Of a stretch of DNA of 64,000 nt, positions 47,264 to 55,591 are shown one piece after another (positions within the stretch are counted from its first letter, which is position 1; each line of letters begins with the position of its first letter). Where the stretch lies: NCBI GenBank assembly GCA_018434325.1, contig JAHDPO010000029.1:22784-86783 (forward strand), given 5' to 3'. The position numbers were made by a program, and so were the translations under genes. The stretch is from Clostridia bacterium (lineage in GTDB: Bacteria > Bacillota > Peptococcia > DRI-13 > UBA5745). Below the pieces are notes generated by a model. That model was not told the origin of the DNA. It worked only from the letters and a program-made list of their open reading frames with translations, and did no database searches.

Positions 47264-47372
47264 AACATCTGCGCCCTTAATATCTTCGGATAGCGGATAC
47301 ATCTGCGCCCTTAGTTTCTACGGATAGCAGATTAAATCCGTAGGATTGAGTCCGTAGGACATCTGCGCCTTT
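47264..47372 (-). repeat. Family R2 composite repeat, second locus (one 94-nt unit plus a partial core), same orientation relative to the mRNA as at 5270-5512
   Basis: The reverse complement reads AAGGCGCAGATGT + CCTACGGACTCAATCCTACGGATTTAAT + two 33-nt cores. It abuts and overlaps the stop codon of P2. Confidence 0.88.
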
Positions 47373-48300
47373 AGTCGACGAGCACGCCGTCCTTTTTCAT
47401 TTCTGCCAGAACCACTTTGGCCATGCGCAGATAATTGGTCCAGGTGGGATACATCGGCCGCTCGCTCATATCCAGCTCTTTTTTCTCCGGATTGGGATCG
47501 TCCCACAGAGGACCTAAATCCTTGCCTGTAGCATGGGGCAGGCCGGTGAGATCCAACATATCCTGGGTGGCGCAGACCTTGAGGTTTAAGTTGTCCATCT
47601 GCGTGCGGTAGCCAACTAAAAAGGCATGGCGGTCAAAGCCGGGGGGGAAGGGATCCTCGTAGGTGGGGCAATCGTATTTGCTCTGACGGTAATACTGCTT
47701 CAGCTCCGGATGGACGATCTGCTCCGGTTCATCGGCAAAAATTTCATCGAAGCGGCAGCTGACGATTTTGCCGTTTTCCACGACCACTTTGAGCCAGCCG
47801 GTAAGGCCGTAGCCATAATCCTCACTGTAGCTGTAAATGGTTTGAGCCGAGGGCTTATCCAGCTTTTCCTGGAGCTGGGCGGCGATCTTCAGCAGTTTTT
47901 TTACGCTGCCGGAGGCGCTGGCCAGCATATCGAATTCGCCGGCCAGGCTCTGCTTTGCCATCATCTGGGCTTCCACCAGCTCCATGCCCATGGTCAGCGT
48001 GGCCTGAGCCTTCTGCATGCGCTCCTTGGTGTACTGCCAGAAGCTGTAGCTGCTGCGGCGCTTGGAAATGCCTTGATACAGGTGGTTGTAATAGCTTTCA
48101 GCCGTGATCTCGTTGAGCTCGATGAACACCAGCTTGTCGTCGTTTTTGATTACCTCTACGATGCCCAGGTGGCCGGGATCGGCGGGAAATTGGCCTTCTA
48201 CGCCTGCATAATAGGGCGGAAACCGTTCCTCGATGCGGTAATATTCGCCTTTTACCAGCCCTTTAGGGGGCTGCACAGTCCATTGCGGTATGGTTACCAT
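47371..48300 (-). CDS. Uncharacterized cytoplasmic protein with FMN_bind-like domain (paralog P2)
   Basis: 309 aa. WTVQPPKGLVKGEYY box. GIVEVIKNDDKLVFIELNE followed by FDMLASASGSV. GLTGWLKVVVENGKIVSCRFDEI module. C-terminal W..YLRMAKVV. Confidence 0.7.
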   Translation of the reverse strand: MVTIPQWTVQPPKGLVKGEYYRIEERFPPYYAGVEGQFPADPGHLGIVEVIKNDDKLVFIELNEITAESYYNHLYQGISKRRSSYSFWQYTKERMQKAQATLTMGMELVEAQMMAKQSLAGEFDMLASASGSVKKLLKIAAQLQEKLDKPSAQTIYSYSEDYGYGLTGWLKVVVENGKIVSCRFDEIFADEPEQIVHPELKQYYRQSKYDCPTYEDPFPPGFDRHAFLVGYRTQMDNLNLKVCATQDMLDLTGLPHATGKDLGPLWDDPNPEKKELDMSERPMYPTWTNYLRMAKVVLAEMKKDGVLVD

Positions 48301-48314
48301 GATCTTTGTCTCCT

Positions 48315-49307
48315 TTATTTGAGAATGCCGTCCTTAACCATTTCGTCATGAACGACTTTGGCCATGCGCAAGTAATTGTTCCAGACCGGGGAGCGGGGAC
48401 GCTCCACGCTGCGAGCCGTGGCGTCGGTGTTGGAGATCAGAGGCGTATCGTCCTTATGGGGCTTATCCCAAACCACGCCCATATCCGGGCCTTCTGCGCA
48501 GGGCAGGCCGGCGATGTCGAACATATCCTGAGTCTGGCAGACCCTGAGATTGAGCTGATCGCTGAGTTCCTTGAAGCAAACCAGCCAGGCATGGCGGTCC
48601 CAGCCTGTGGGGAAGGGATCTTCATAAGTGGAGGATTCGTATTTGCTCTGGCGGTAGAACTGCTTGAGGTCATCATAGACGATCTCGGCGGTATGGTCGG
48701 CAAAGATTTCGTCGTAGAAGCAGCGGACGATCTTGCCATCTTCCACTACTACCTGCAACCAGCCGGTAAGGCCATAGCCAAAGTCCTCCACATAGCCGTA
48801 GTACAGCTGTTTCTTGTGGTTGGGATCCTTAATCTGAGCGTCCACTTCCTTGGTGAGGCCGATCATACTCTTCATGGAGAAAGAGGCTCCGTGGAGCAGG
48901 TCAAACTCTCCGGAGAGATCCTGTTTGGCCAGGATCTGGTCTTCCACATGCTTAAAGCCATTGGCCAAAACCGTGCCGTAGGCTACGCTGCGGCGCTTGT
49001 CATGGAAATCCTGAAAGAATTGAAACTCTGTCCGGCGTTTGCTGAGGCCCTGGAAATGCCGCACATAGTAATTATCCATAGTATTCTCATTGAATTCGGC
49101 AAAGACGATCTCGCCGTCTTTCACGGCCACATCCAGCGTGCCTTTGTGGCCCTTGGCGCCCCAGCGGCCGCTGTAATACAGCTCCCCGTGGTAATAATCG
49201 CCTTTCACCAGTCCTTTATAAGGAGGCTGAGCCGTCCATTGGATCAGCTCGCTTTCATTGTCTTCATGCCAGGGGCCGCAGCCCAGCCAGCGGGTTTTGT
49301 CTGTCAT
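48315..49307 (-). CDS. Uncharacterized cytoplasmic protein with FMN_bind-like domain (paralog P3)
   Basis: 330 aa. WTAQPPYKGLVKGDYY box. GTLDVAVKDGEIVFAEFNE followed by FDLLHGASFSM. GLTGWLQVVVEDGKIVRCFYDEI module. C-terminal W..YLRMAKVV. Confidence 0.7.
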   Translation of the reverse strand: MTDKTRWLGCGPWHEDNESELIQWTAQPPYKGLVKGDYYHGELYYSGRWGAKGHKGTLDVAVKDGEIVFAEFNENTMDNYYVRHFQGLSKRRTEFQFFQDFHDKRRSVAYGTVLANGFKHVEDQILAKQDLSGEFDLLHGASFSMKSMIGLTKEVDAQIKDPNHKKQLYYGYVEDFGYGLTGWLQVVVEDGKIVRCFYDEIFADHTAEIVYDDLKQFYRQSKYESSTYEDPFPTGWDRHAWLVCFKELSDQLNLRVCQTQDMFDIAGLPCAEGPDMGVVWDKPHKDDTPLISNTDATARSVERPRSPVWNNYLRMAKVVHDEMVKDGILK

Positions 49308-49339
49308 AGGTCATTATCCTCCGTCGCGTATTATTTAGT

Positions 49340-50323
49340 TTATTCTTCGATGCCGGCCGCTTCCTTACGCAGCTCTTCTGCCCGGAAGCAAGCACAAAAA
49401 TGGTTATCGCCAAAGTCCTGGAGCGTCGGGTCCTGACCGGTGCAATAAGGGGCGGCATACAGGCAGCGCTTGGCAAAACGGCAGCCCGGTTCCGGGTTAA
49501 TCGGACTGGTCAGCTCGCCGGTAAGCTTGACCCGCTGCATCTTATGGTGAGCCCGGGGCTCCGGAATGGCGGAAAGCAACGCCTGGGAATAAGGATGCAG
49601 CGTATTGCGGAACAGCTCGTCGGAAGCAGAGGTTTCCACCAGCTGCCCCAGATACATAACGGCGATTTTATCGGAAAAATATTTGACTACAGAAAGGTCA
49701 TGGGTGATGAACAGATAGGTAAGACCGAATTCCGCCTGCAAATCTTTGAGCAGGTTCAGCACCTGGGCCTGAATGGAAACATCCAGGGAGGAAACGGGCT
49801 CGTCGCACATGATAAACTGCGGGGTCAGGGACAGGGCCCGGGCAATGCCCACCCGCTGCCGGCGGCCGCCATCCAGCTCATGGGGATAAGAGTTTTCCAG
49901 ACGCTGGCTGAGACCTACCACATCCATGAGCTCCAGCACTCGCTTATCCAGCTCCGCCCTCGAGGAGACCATCTTGTGGATAATCAGGGGCTCGCCGATG
50001 ATTTCGCTGATGGACATGCGGGGATTGAGGGAGGAGAAGGGGTCCTGGAAGATGATCTGCATCTGGCGGCGCAAGTCATGCATTTGTTGGGCGTCGGCCT
50101 TGCAGATATCCTGGCCGTTAAAGAGAATCTCGCCGCTGGTGGCGGAATGGAGCCCCAGAATCAGCCGGCCGATGGTGCTCTTGCCGCAGCCGGACTCGCC
50201 CACCAGGCCCAGGGTTTCGCCTTTGCGGATGGAGAAGTTGACATCATCTACGGCGTGGAGAGTACCCCGGTTGGTCTTAAAATATTTTTTCAAGTGTTTA
50301 ACTTCTAAAATATTATCGGCCAC
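49340..50323 (-). CDS. Opp/Dpp-type ABC ATPase (OppF-like), system 2
   Basis: Walker [10 protein letters not shown], signature LDGGRRQR and a C-terminal four-Cys extension. Confidence 0.88.
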   Translation of the reverse strand: MADNILEVKHLKKYFKTNRGTLHAVDDVNFSIRKGETLGLVGESGCGKSTIGRLILGLHSATSGEILFNGQDICKADAQQMHDLRRQMQIIFQDPFSSLNPRMSISEIIGEPLIIHKMVSSRAELDKRVLELMDVVGLSQRLENSYPHELDGGRRQRVGIARALSLTPQFIMCDEPVSSLDVSIQAQVLNLLKDLQAEFGLTYLFITHDLSVVKYFSDKIAVMYLGQLVETSASDELFRNTLHPYSQALLSAIPEPRAHHKMQRVKLTGELTSPINPEPGCRFAKRCLYAAPYCTGQDPTLQDFGDNHFCACFRAEELRKEAAGIEE

Positions 50324-51326
50324 GCTTAATCACCTCCATCAGGGTTTCGTCGGGCTGTTCCCAGCCTAAAGCAAAACAGCGCAGCTCATGGGTCGCTTCT
50401 CCGGGAATGCGGGTTACGCCGGGTTTTTTGCTGTGGCATTCCGCCCGGGCATAGGGACAGCGGGGGCTGAAGTTGCAGCCGGCGGGCAATTCCGTCGGGT
50501 CCGGCATCTGTCCTTCAATGGGAGTAAGCTTGGTGCTTTCCATGCTCAGGGTTGGTATGGAGCCAAAGAGACCGATGGTATAAGGGTGGGCCGGATGGTC
50601 AAAGACCTCCGGTATGGTGCCCTGCTCTACGATCTCCCCGGAATACATAATGGCGACCCGGTCGCAGACCTGGGCTACCACGCCCAGATCATGAGTGATC
50701 AGGAGCAGGGAGGTGTGCAGCTTTTCCTTGAGATCGTTCATCAGCTCCAGCACCTGGGCCTGAATGGTCACATCCAAAGCGGTAGTCGGTTCATCCGCAA
50801 GGATAATTTGCGGCGAGCAGGCCACGCTCATGGCGATGACTACCCGCTGCTTCATGCCGCCGGAGAATTGATGAGGGTATTCCTCATAGCGCTCTTTGGG
50901 GATGCCCACCATCTCCAGCATTTCCTCGGCTTTGCGGCGAGCTTCCTCCTTAGAGCAGTTCTCATGGAGCTGAATGACCTCGGCAATTTGAAAGCCTACG
51001 GAATAAACGGGATTTAAGCTGGTCATGGGATCCTGAAAGATCATGGAGATCTTGTTGCCCCGTACGGAGCGCAGGAGGGATTTCTTTGTTTTGAGCAGAT
51101 CTACCCCGTCAAAAAAGATTTCTCCACCCATAATTTTGCCTGGGGGGTCGGCCACCAGTTGCAAAATGCTTAGAGCGGTGGTGGTTTTCCCCGCCCCTGT
51201 TTCTCCCACTAAGCCCAGGCTCTCGCCCTGGCGCAAGTTGAGGCTCAGGCCGTTTACCGCATGGACGATTTCGCCCTGGGTGTGGTATTCTACGGTAAGA
51301 TTTTTGATTTCCAACAGGTTTTCCAT
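50313..51326 (-). CDS. Opp/Dpp-type ABC ATPase (OppD-like), system 2
   Basis: Walker [10 protein letters not shown] and signature [11 protein letters not shown] 51326 lies after GAGGA, which overlaps the upstream stop. Confidence 0.88.
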   Translation of the reverse strand: MENLLEIKNLTVEYHTQGEIVHAVNGLSLNLRQGESLGLVGETGAGKTTTALSILQLVADPPGKIMGGEIFFDGVDLLKTKKSLLRSVRGNKISMIFQDPMTSLNPVYSVGFQIAEVIQLHENCSKEEARRKAEEMLEMVGIPKERYEEYPHQFSGGMKQRVVIAMSVACSPQIILADEPTTALDVTIQAQVLELMNDLKEKLHTSLLLITHDLGVVAQVCDRVAIMYSGEIVEQGTIPEVFDHPAHPYTIGLFGSIPTLSMESTKLTPIEGQMPDPTELPAGCNFSPRCPYARAECHSKKPGVTRIPGEATHELRCFALGWEQPDETLMEVIKRGR

Positions 51327-51336
51327 ATGTATGTCC

Positions 51337-52239
51337 TCAGTTCTTGAGCTTGGGGTCCAATGCGTCGCGCAGGCCGTCCCCAAGCAGGTTCAGGGAAAGG
51401 ATGGTCAGCATGATAGCGATGCCGGGAAAGGTGCAGACCCACCAGGCAACACGGATATACTGGCGTCCATTGCTGAGCATGGAGCCCCATTCAGGTGTAG
51501 GGGGCTGAATGCCCAACCCCAGAAAACTGAGGCTGGCAATGGAGAGCACGGAGCCTGCAATGCACATGGTTGCCTGCACGATCATCGGGGCCATGGCATT
51601 GGGCAGGATGTGCTTGAATATGATGCGTCTGTCATTGGCGCCGATAGCCTGGGCCGCTTCAATGAATTCCTCGTTGCGAATGGTGATCACCGAGGAACGG
51701 ATAATGCGGGCAAAAGGCGGAATATTGGAGACCGCAATGGCGATCAGCAAATTGCGGATGCTGGAGCCCAGGGTGGCTACGATGGCAATGGCCAGCAGAG
51801 TGCTGGGGATGGCCAGAAACATATCCATTATCCGCATGATAATATTATCTGCGGTGCGGCTGCCGTAGCCGGCTATAGCGCCCAGCAGGCCGCCGATGAC
51901 GGCGGCGATCAGGATAGTAGCAAAGGCTACGGGCAGAGAAATCCGGGCGCCAAAGACGATGCGGGCCAAAATATCGCGGCCTACTTCATCGGTGCCCAGC
52001 CAGTGCTCACTGGAAGGAGGGTTGAGGCGGATGGAAGCGTTTTGCCTCACCGCCATGGCCTCGTAGTCAAAAAGCAAGTTGGCAAATATAGCAGCCAGCA
52101 CAATAACGCTGAGAATGACCAGGCCTGCCACTGCCAGCCGGTTTTGCTTAAGACGTTCCCAAACCATGACGAATTGGGACTTTTTCTTGCGCCTTTTCAC
52201 TATTGTAGTTGTTGTTATTGTTGTCATGAAATTCACCAT
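51337..52239 (-). CDS. Opp/Dpp-type ABC permease (OppC-like), system 2
   Basis: BPD_transp_1-type membrane protein, similar to the system 1 OppC-like protein. Confidence 0.85.
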   Translation of the reverse strand: MVNFMTTITTTTIVKRRKKKSQFVMVWERLKQNRLAVAGLVILSVIVLAAIFANLLFDYEAMAVRQNASIRLNPPSSEHWLGTDEVGRDILARIVFGARISLPVAFATILIAAVIGGLLGAIAGYGSRTADNIIMRIMDMFLAIPSTLLAIAIVATLGSSIRNLLIAIAVSNIPPFARIIRSSVITIRNEEFIEAAQAIGANDRRIIFKHILPNAMAPMIVQATMCIAGSVLSIASLSFLGLGIQPPTPEWGSMLSNGRQYIRVAWWVCTFPGIAIMLTILSLNLLGDGLRDALDPKLKN

Positions 52240-52244
52240 GGCTC

Positions 52245-53171
52245 CTATTTGTACTGCGCTTTGACCCGGGGGTCAAAAAAGGCATATAAAATGTCAATAA
52301 TGAGGTTAATCACCGTGAAGGAGACCGCCATGACCAACACCAGTCCCAGCACCAGCGGCGTATCCTTGAGCTTGATAGCATCCACCAGCAGCCGGCCGAT
52401 GCCCGGCCAGGAAAATACGGTTTCTACCAGCACGGCGCCGCCGAGAGCAAAGCCGAATTGCAAACCGGCGCTGGTGATGATGGGAATCATCGCGTTGCGA
52501 AGCGCATGGCGGAATACAACCACACTCTCCCTCAGGCCCTTGGCCCGGGCTGTGCGGATGTAATCCTGCCGGATGATTTCCAGCATGGAAGACCGGGTCA
52601 TACGGGTGATGGTGGCCAGGGAGTTGGCGCTGAGGGTAATAGCCGGCAGAACCAGAGATTTGAATCCCGCATCTCCGGAGGCAGGGAAAATACCCAGGTT
52701 GGCGGCCAGCAGCAGAATCAGCATAATCCCCAGCCAGAAATTAGGCATGGATACACCCAATAGCGCTACCAGCATGGAAGCGTTGTCCGTTAAAGAATAT
52801 TGCTTGACGGCGGAAACAATACCCAGGGGCATGCCCACCGCAATGGCAAAGAACAACGCCGCACCGGCCAGCCGCACCGTAGCGGGGAAGCGGGCGAAGA
52901 TTTCTGTGGTGACCGGGCGTTTGGTGGAATAGGTATTGCCCAAATCGCCTTGCAGCGCATTAAATACATATTTGGCATAACGAATGAGGAAGGGGTCATT
53001 CAAACCTAATTCTTCAGAAATCTGGTCGTGAGCCTCCTGGGAGTAATTATCCCCCAGGTAAAGCTGGACGGGATCGCCGGGCGTAAGACTCATAATAGTA
53101 AACACGATGAAGCTGACGCCTAAAAGAACGGGAATGAGCATAAATAGCCGTTTCAGGATAAATTTGTACAT
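52245..53171 (-). CDS. Opp/Dpp-type ABC permease (OppB-like), system 2
   Basis: MYKFILKRLFMLIPVLLGV N-terminus. ATG 53171 lies after GGAGA. Confidence 0.85.
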   Translation of the reverse strand: MYKFILKRLFMLIPVLLGVSFIVFTIMSLTPGDPVQLYLGDNYSQEAHDQISEELGLNDPFLIRYAKYVFNALQGDLGNTYSTKRPVTTEIFARFPATVRLAGAALFFAIAVGMPLGIVSAVKQYSLTDNASMLVALLGVSMPNFWLGIMLILLLAANLGIFPASGDAGFKSLVLPAITLSANSLATITRMTRSSMLEIIRQDYIRTARAKGLRESVVVFRHALRNAMIPIITSAGLQFGFALGGAVLVETVFSWPGIGRLLVDAIKLKDTPLVLGLVLVMAVSFTVINLIIDILYAFFDPRVKAQYK

Positions 53172-53271
53172 GGGCAAATCTCCAGATGTTTTGGACGTCG
53201 GATGAACTCCCCCCTGAGCCAAAGCTCAGGGGGAGAGATCATAAGATCGACAGAGTGATTGGTGGCAGGGC

Positions 53272-54828
53272 TTATTCGCCGATATGGGTACCGTAGATGT
53301 AATGGGTTTTGCCGGGATAGAGCTTAAAGCCATTGACGTCGGACTGCATACCGACATTGAGGTATTCGACAGCAAGAGGATACAGGGGTACGTCTTCAGC
53401 CACAATGGCCTGAATCTGCTTATACAGATCCTTGGCATGCTCGGAATCGGTGGTGGCCAAAGCTTCATCCAGCATCTGATCGATCTCCGGCACTACGTAG
53501 AAAGTACGGTTGCCGGAAGCGCCCAGGGAATCCTCGGAGTACATGGCACGCAGCATGGAGTCGGGATCGATGGAGGTCTTGGACATGAAGAAGAGCTGAT
53601 GCTCACCCTTGGAGGTAGCGGAGGTAAAGGTGGCGCCGTCCATGGATTTGATCTCCACAGTGATGCCGATCTGGCGCAGGGCCTCCTGAAGGGCCACGGA
53701 AGCATCTTTGTAAATCTGAGCATCCTGGACATAGAGAGTGCAGGAGAAACCGTTGGGATAACCTGCTTCAGCCAACAAGGCTTTGCCTTTTTCTACGTCG
53801 TAATCATAGGTAACCAGATCCGGTGCATAGCCCATGAGATAAGGACTCATCATGGTATTGCTGGCGTCTGTCGCATTGCCGTTGAAAGTGAGGGTAATGA
53901 AATCCTGTTTGTTGATAGCATGAGCCATGGCCTGGCGAACTTCTTTTTTGGAGAGAATGGGATCTTTCACGTTGGCGCCCACATACCAAACGGTGCCGGA
54001 GGTGGTGGTTGCCATCTTGAGTTTGGGATTTGCTTCTACGGTAGCGAAGTCGGTGGCGGACAGGTCGTAAGCGATATCCACTTCACCGGTCTCCAAAGCT
54101 ACAGTTCTGCTGATGCTTTCGGGAATGGTTTTGAATACCAGCGTTTTGATGGGGGAGGCGCCTGCCCAGTAATCTTCGAAGGCAGCCAGGGTGATGTCGC
54201 CGCCCAATTCCCAGGAGACGAACTTGAAGGGGCCGCAGCCTACGGGTGCAGCGTTGAAATCAGAAGTGCTTTCAGCGGCAGCTTTGGAAACGATGGAAGC
54301 GGCGTCCAAAGTGAGCCGGTAAAGCAGAACGCTGCAGGGCTCGGAGGTGACGATCTCCACGGTATTCTCATCGATAACGTTGATTTCGCTGATGATCAGG
54401 TAGTTGTAATTGACGCCGGCGCTGGCAATGCAGCGCTCCAGGGAATACTTGACGTCTTCGGCGGTCATGGTGTTGCCGTCATGGAATTTTACGCCCTTGC
54501 GCAGGTGGAATACGGTGGTCGTAGCATCCTTGATATCCCAGGATTCGGCCAGGGTAGGCACCAGGTTCATGTCTGCATCCAGCTCGACCAGGCGGTCAAA
54601 AATCTGGGTGACGACCCGGAAAGTACCGATGGTTGCCTGAATATGGGGATCTACATAGGTAGGTGTTTCCGGAATGGCGACGATTAGTTTGTCCCTGGCA
54701 GGGGTTCCGGCAGAGCCCTGCGGAGAGGTTGCAGCCGGTTGAGTTGCGGCAGTACCGCCGGAGCCGCCACAACCGGCCATTGCCAATACGAAGGCAACGA
54801 TGAGCAGCGAAGTTACGATTTTTTTCAT
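53272..54828 (-). CDS. Family-5 substrate-binding lipoprotein, system 2 (ligand unknown)
   Basis: Lipobox LAMAGCGG and SBP_bac_5-like sequence. ATG 54828 lies after GGAGGA; the track uses TTG 54837. Confidence 0.85.
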   Translation of the reverse strand: MKKIVTSLLIVAFVLAMAGCGGSGGTAATQPAATSPQGSAGTPARDKLIVAIPETPTYVDPHIQATIGTFRVVTQIFDRLVELDADMNLVPTLAESWDIKDATTTVFHLRKGVKFHDGNTMTAEDVKYSLERCIASAGVNYNYLIISEINVIDENTVEIVTSEPCSVLLYRLTLDAASIVSKAAAESTSDFNAAPVGCGPFKFVSWELGGDITLAAFEDYWAGASPIKTLVFKTIPESISRTVALETGEVDIAYDLSATDFATVEANPKLKMATTTSGTVWYVGANVKDPILSKKEVRQAMAHAINKQDFITLTFNGNATDASNTMMSPYLMGYAPDLVTYDYDVEKGKALLAEAGYPNGFSCTLYVQDAQIYKDASVALQEALRQIGITVEIKSMDGATFTSATSKGEHQLFFMSKTSIDPDSMLRAMYSEDSLGASGNRTFYVVPEIDQMLDEALATTDSEHAKDLYKQIQAIVAEDVPLYPLAVEYLNVGMQSDVNGFKLYPGKTHYIYGTHIGE

Positions 54829-54858
54829 TCTTGTCAATCCTCCATGTTGTTAATTAAG

Positions 54859-55167
54859 GAGGGCACTGAAAAAGTCACAACCCGTATAAGGTTAAAATCA
54901 AATTCGCTGCTGCTAACTGCTCAAAAATCGTAGTTGTGTGGAGTTGCCAGACGAATTTAGCCTGAAATCGGCAGTATTTTGCTCCAAAATCGTAGCTGTG
55001 TGCAGTTATCAGCCTCAAAATGGTCCTGTAACCGGATAAAACTCCACACAACTCGCAAATTTGAGCAGTTAGCCCCTGCTTTTAACCTAAATTCGATGTC
55101 CGTTGCAACACAACTCCAATTTTTGAGCACCTCACCCCGATCCGCCACCAACTTTTTCAGTGCCCTC
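54859..55167. repeat. Nested inverted-repeat structure: 17-bp perfect outer IR enclosing four copies (two direct, two inverted) of a ~28-nt motif TGCTCAAAAATCGTAGTTGTGTGGAGTT
   Basis: Outer IR GAGGGCACTGAAAAAGT at 54859-54875 pairs with 55151-55167. Inner motifs lie at 54913-54945, 54980-55007, 55040-55072 and 55107-55129. Confidence 0.85.
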
Positions 55168-55290
55168 AGTTTAAAGTGTGCCGCTCCTTCAAAACAGGGG
55201 GTAACTCACGGCTGTGACACTAAATACAGCTAAATATAGCCAAATAAAGCCGATGATCAGTGCCCTCCTTTAAACCTGCAATTTTGCGCA
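55168..55290 (+). repeat. MITE-like element, copy 4 (left terminal repeat truncated)
   Basis: AGTTTAAAGTGTGCCGCTCCTTC...GTGACACTAAATACAGCTAAATATAGCC...CCTTTAAACCTGCAATTTTGCGCA. Confidence 0.8.
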
Positions 55291-55384
55291 GCTTGGATTT
55301 TGATAGTGTGGAACAGAGGCCCAAGGTGGCGATGTGTTAAGATAATCAGGGGGCTGCCGCATAAGTGTGTGGTATGCTCCTTTT

Positions 55385-55504
55385 CACTTGTTGATCAGTG
55401 AACGCTTGGGTCATGAGGACATAAAAATGACTTTACAGACCTACTCTCACCTATACCCGAACAAGCGGGCAGAGGCTGAAGAGAAGCTGCAAAGTCTATA
55501 TTAG
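55385..55504 (+). pseudogene. C-terminal remnant of a tyrosine recombinase/integrase
   Basis: Translates to LLISERLGHEDIKMTLQTYSHLYPNKRAEAEEKLQSLY*, the typical LGH...T..Y.H catalytic-Tyr tail. There is no upstream ORF: an in-frame stop lies at 55343. Confidence 0.75.
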
Positions 55505-55542
55505 GCTCTTCCCGTATACTTTTTGCGTACTTTCAGGAGATA

Positions 55543-55581
55543 GAAAACCCCGCAACCACACTGTGCATGCGGGTTGCGGGG
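55543..55581 (-). terminator. Rho-independent terminator of guaA
   Basis: The minus strand reads CCCCGCAACC-loop-GGTTGCGGGG followed by TTTTCT. Confidence 0.75.
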
Positions 55582-55591
55582 CGATTAATCA

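Noticed and set aside
51043-52563. 506-aa plus-strand ORF, and similar long ORFs at 53284..54687, 49400..50308, 48306..49436, 47626..48351 and 46429..47280
   Set aside because: All lie antisense to well-supported minus-strand genes with clear family motifs. They span gene boundaries, lack RBSs and have Gly/Ala/Arg/His-rich compositions typical of stop-poor shadow frames.
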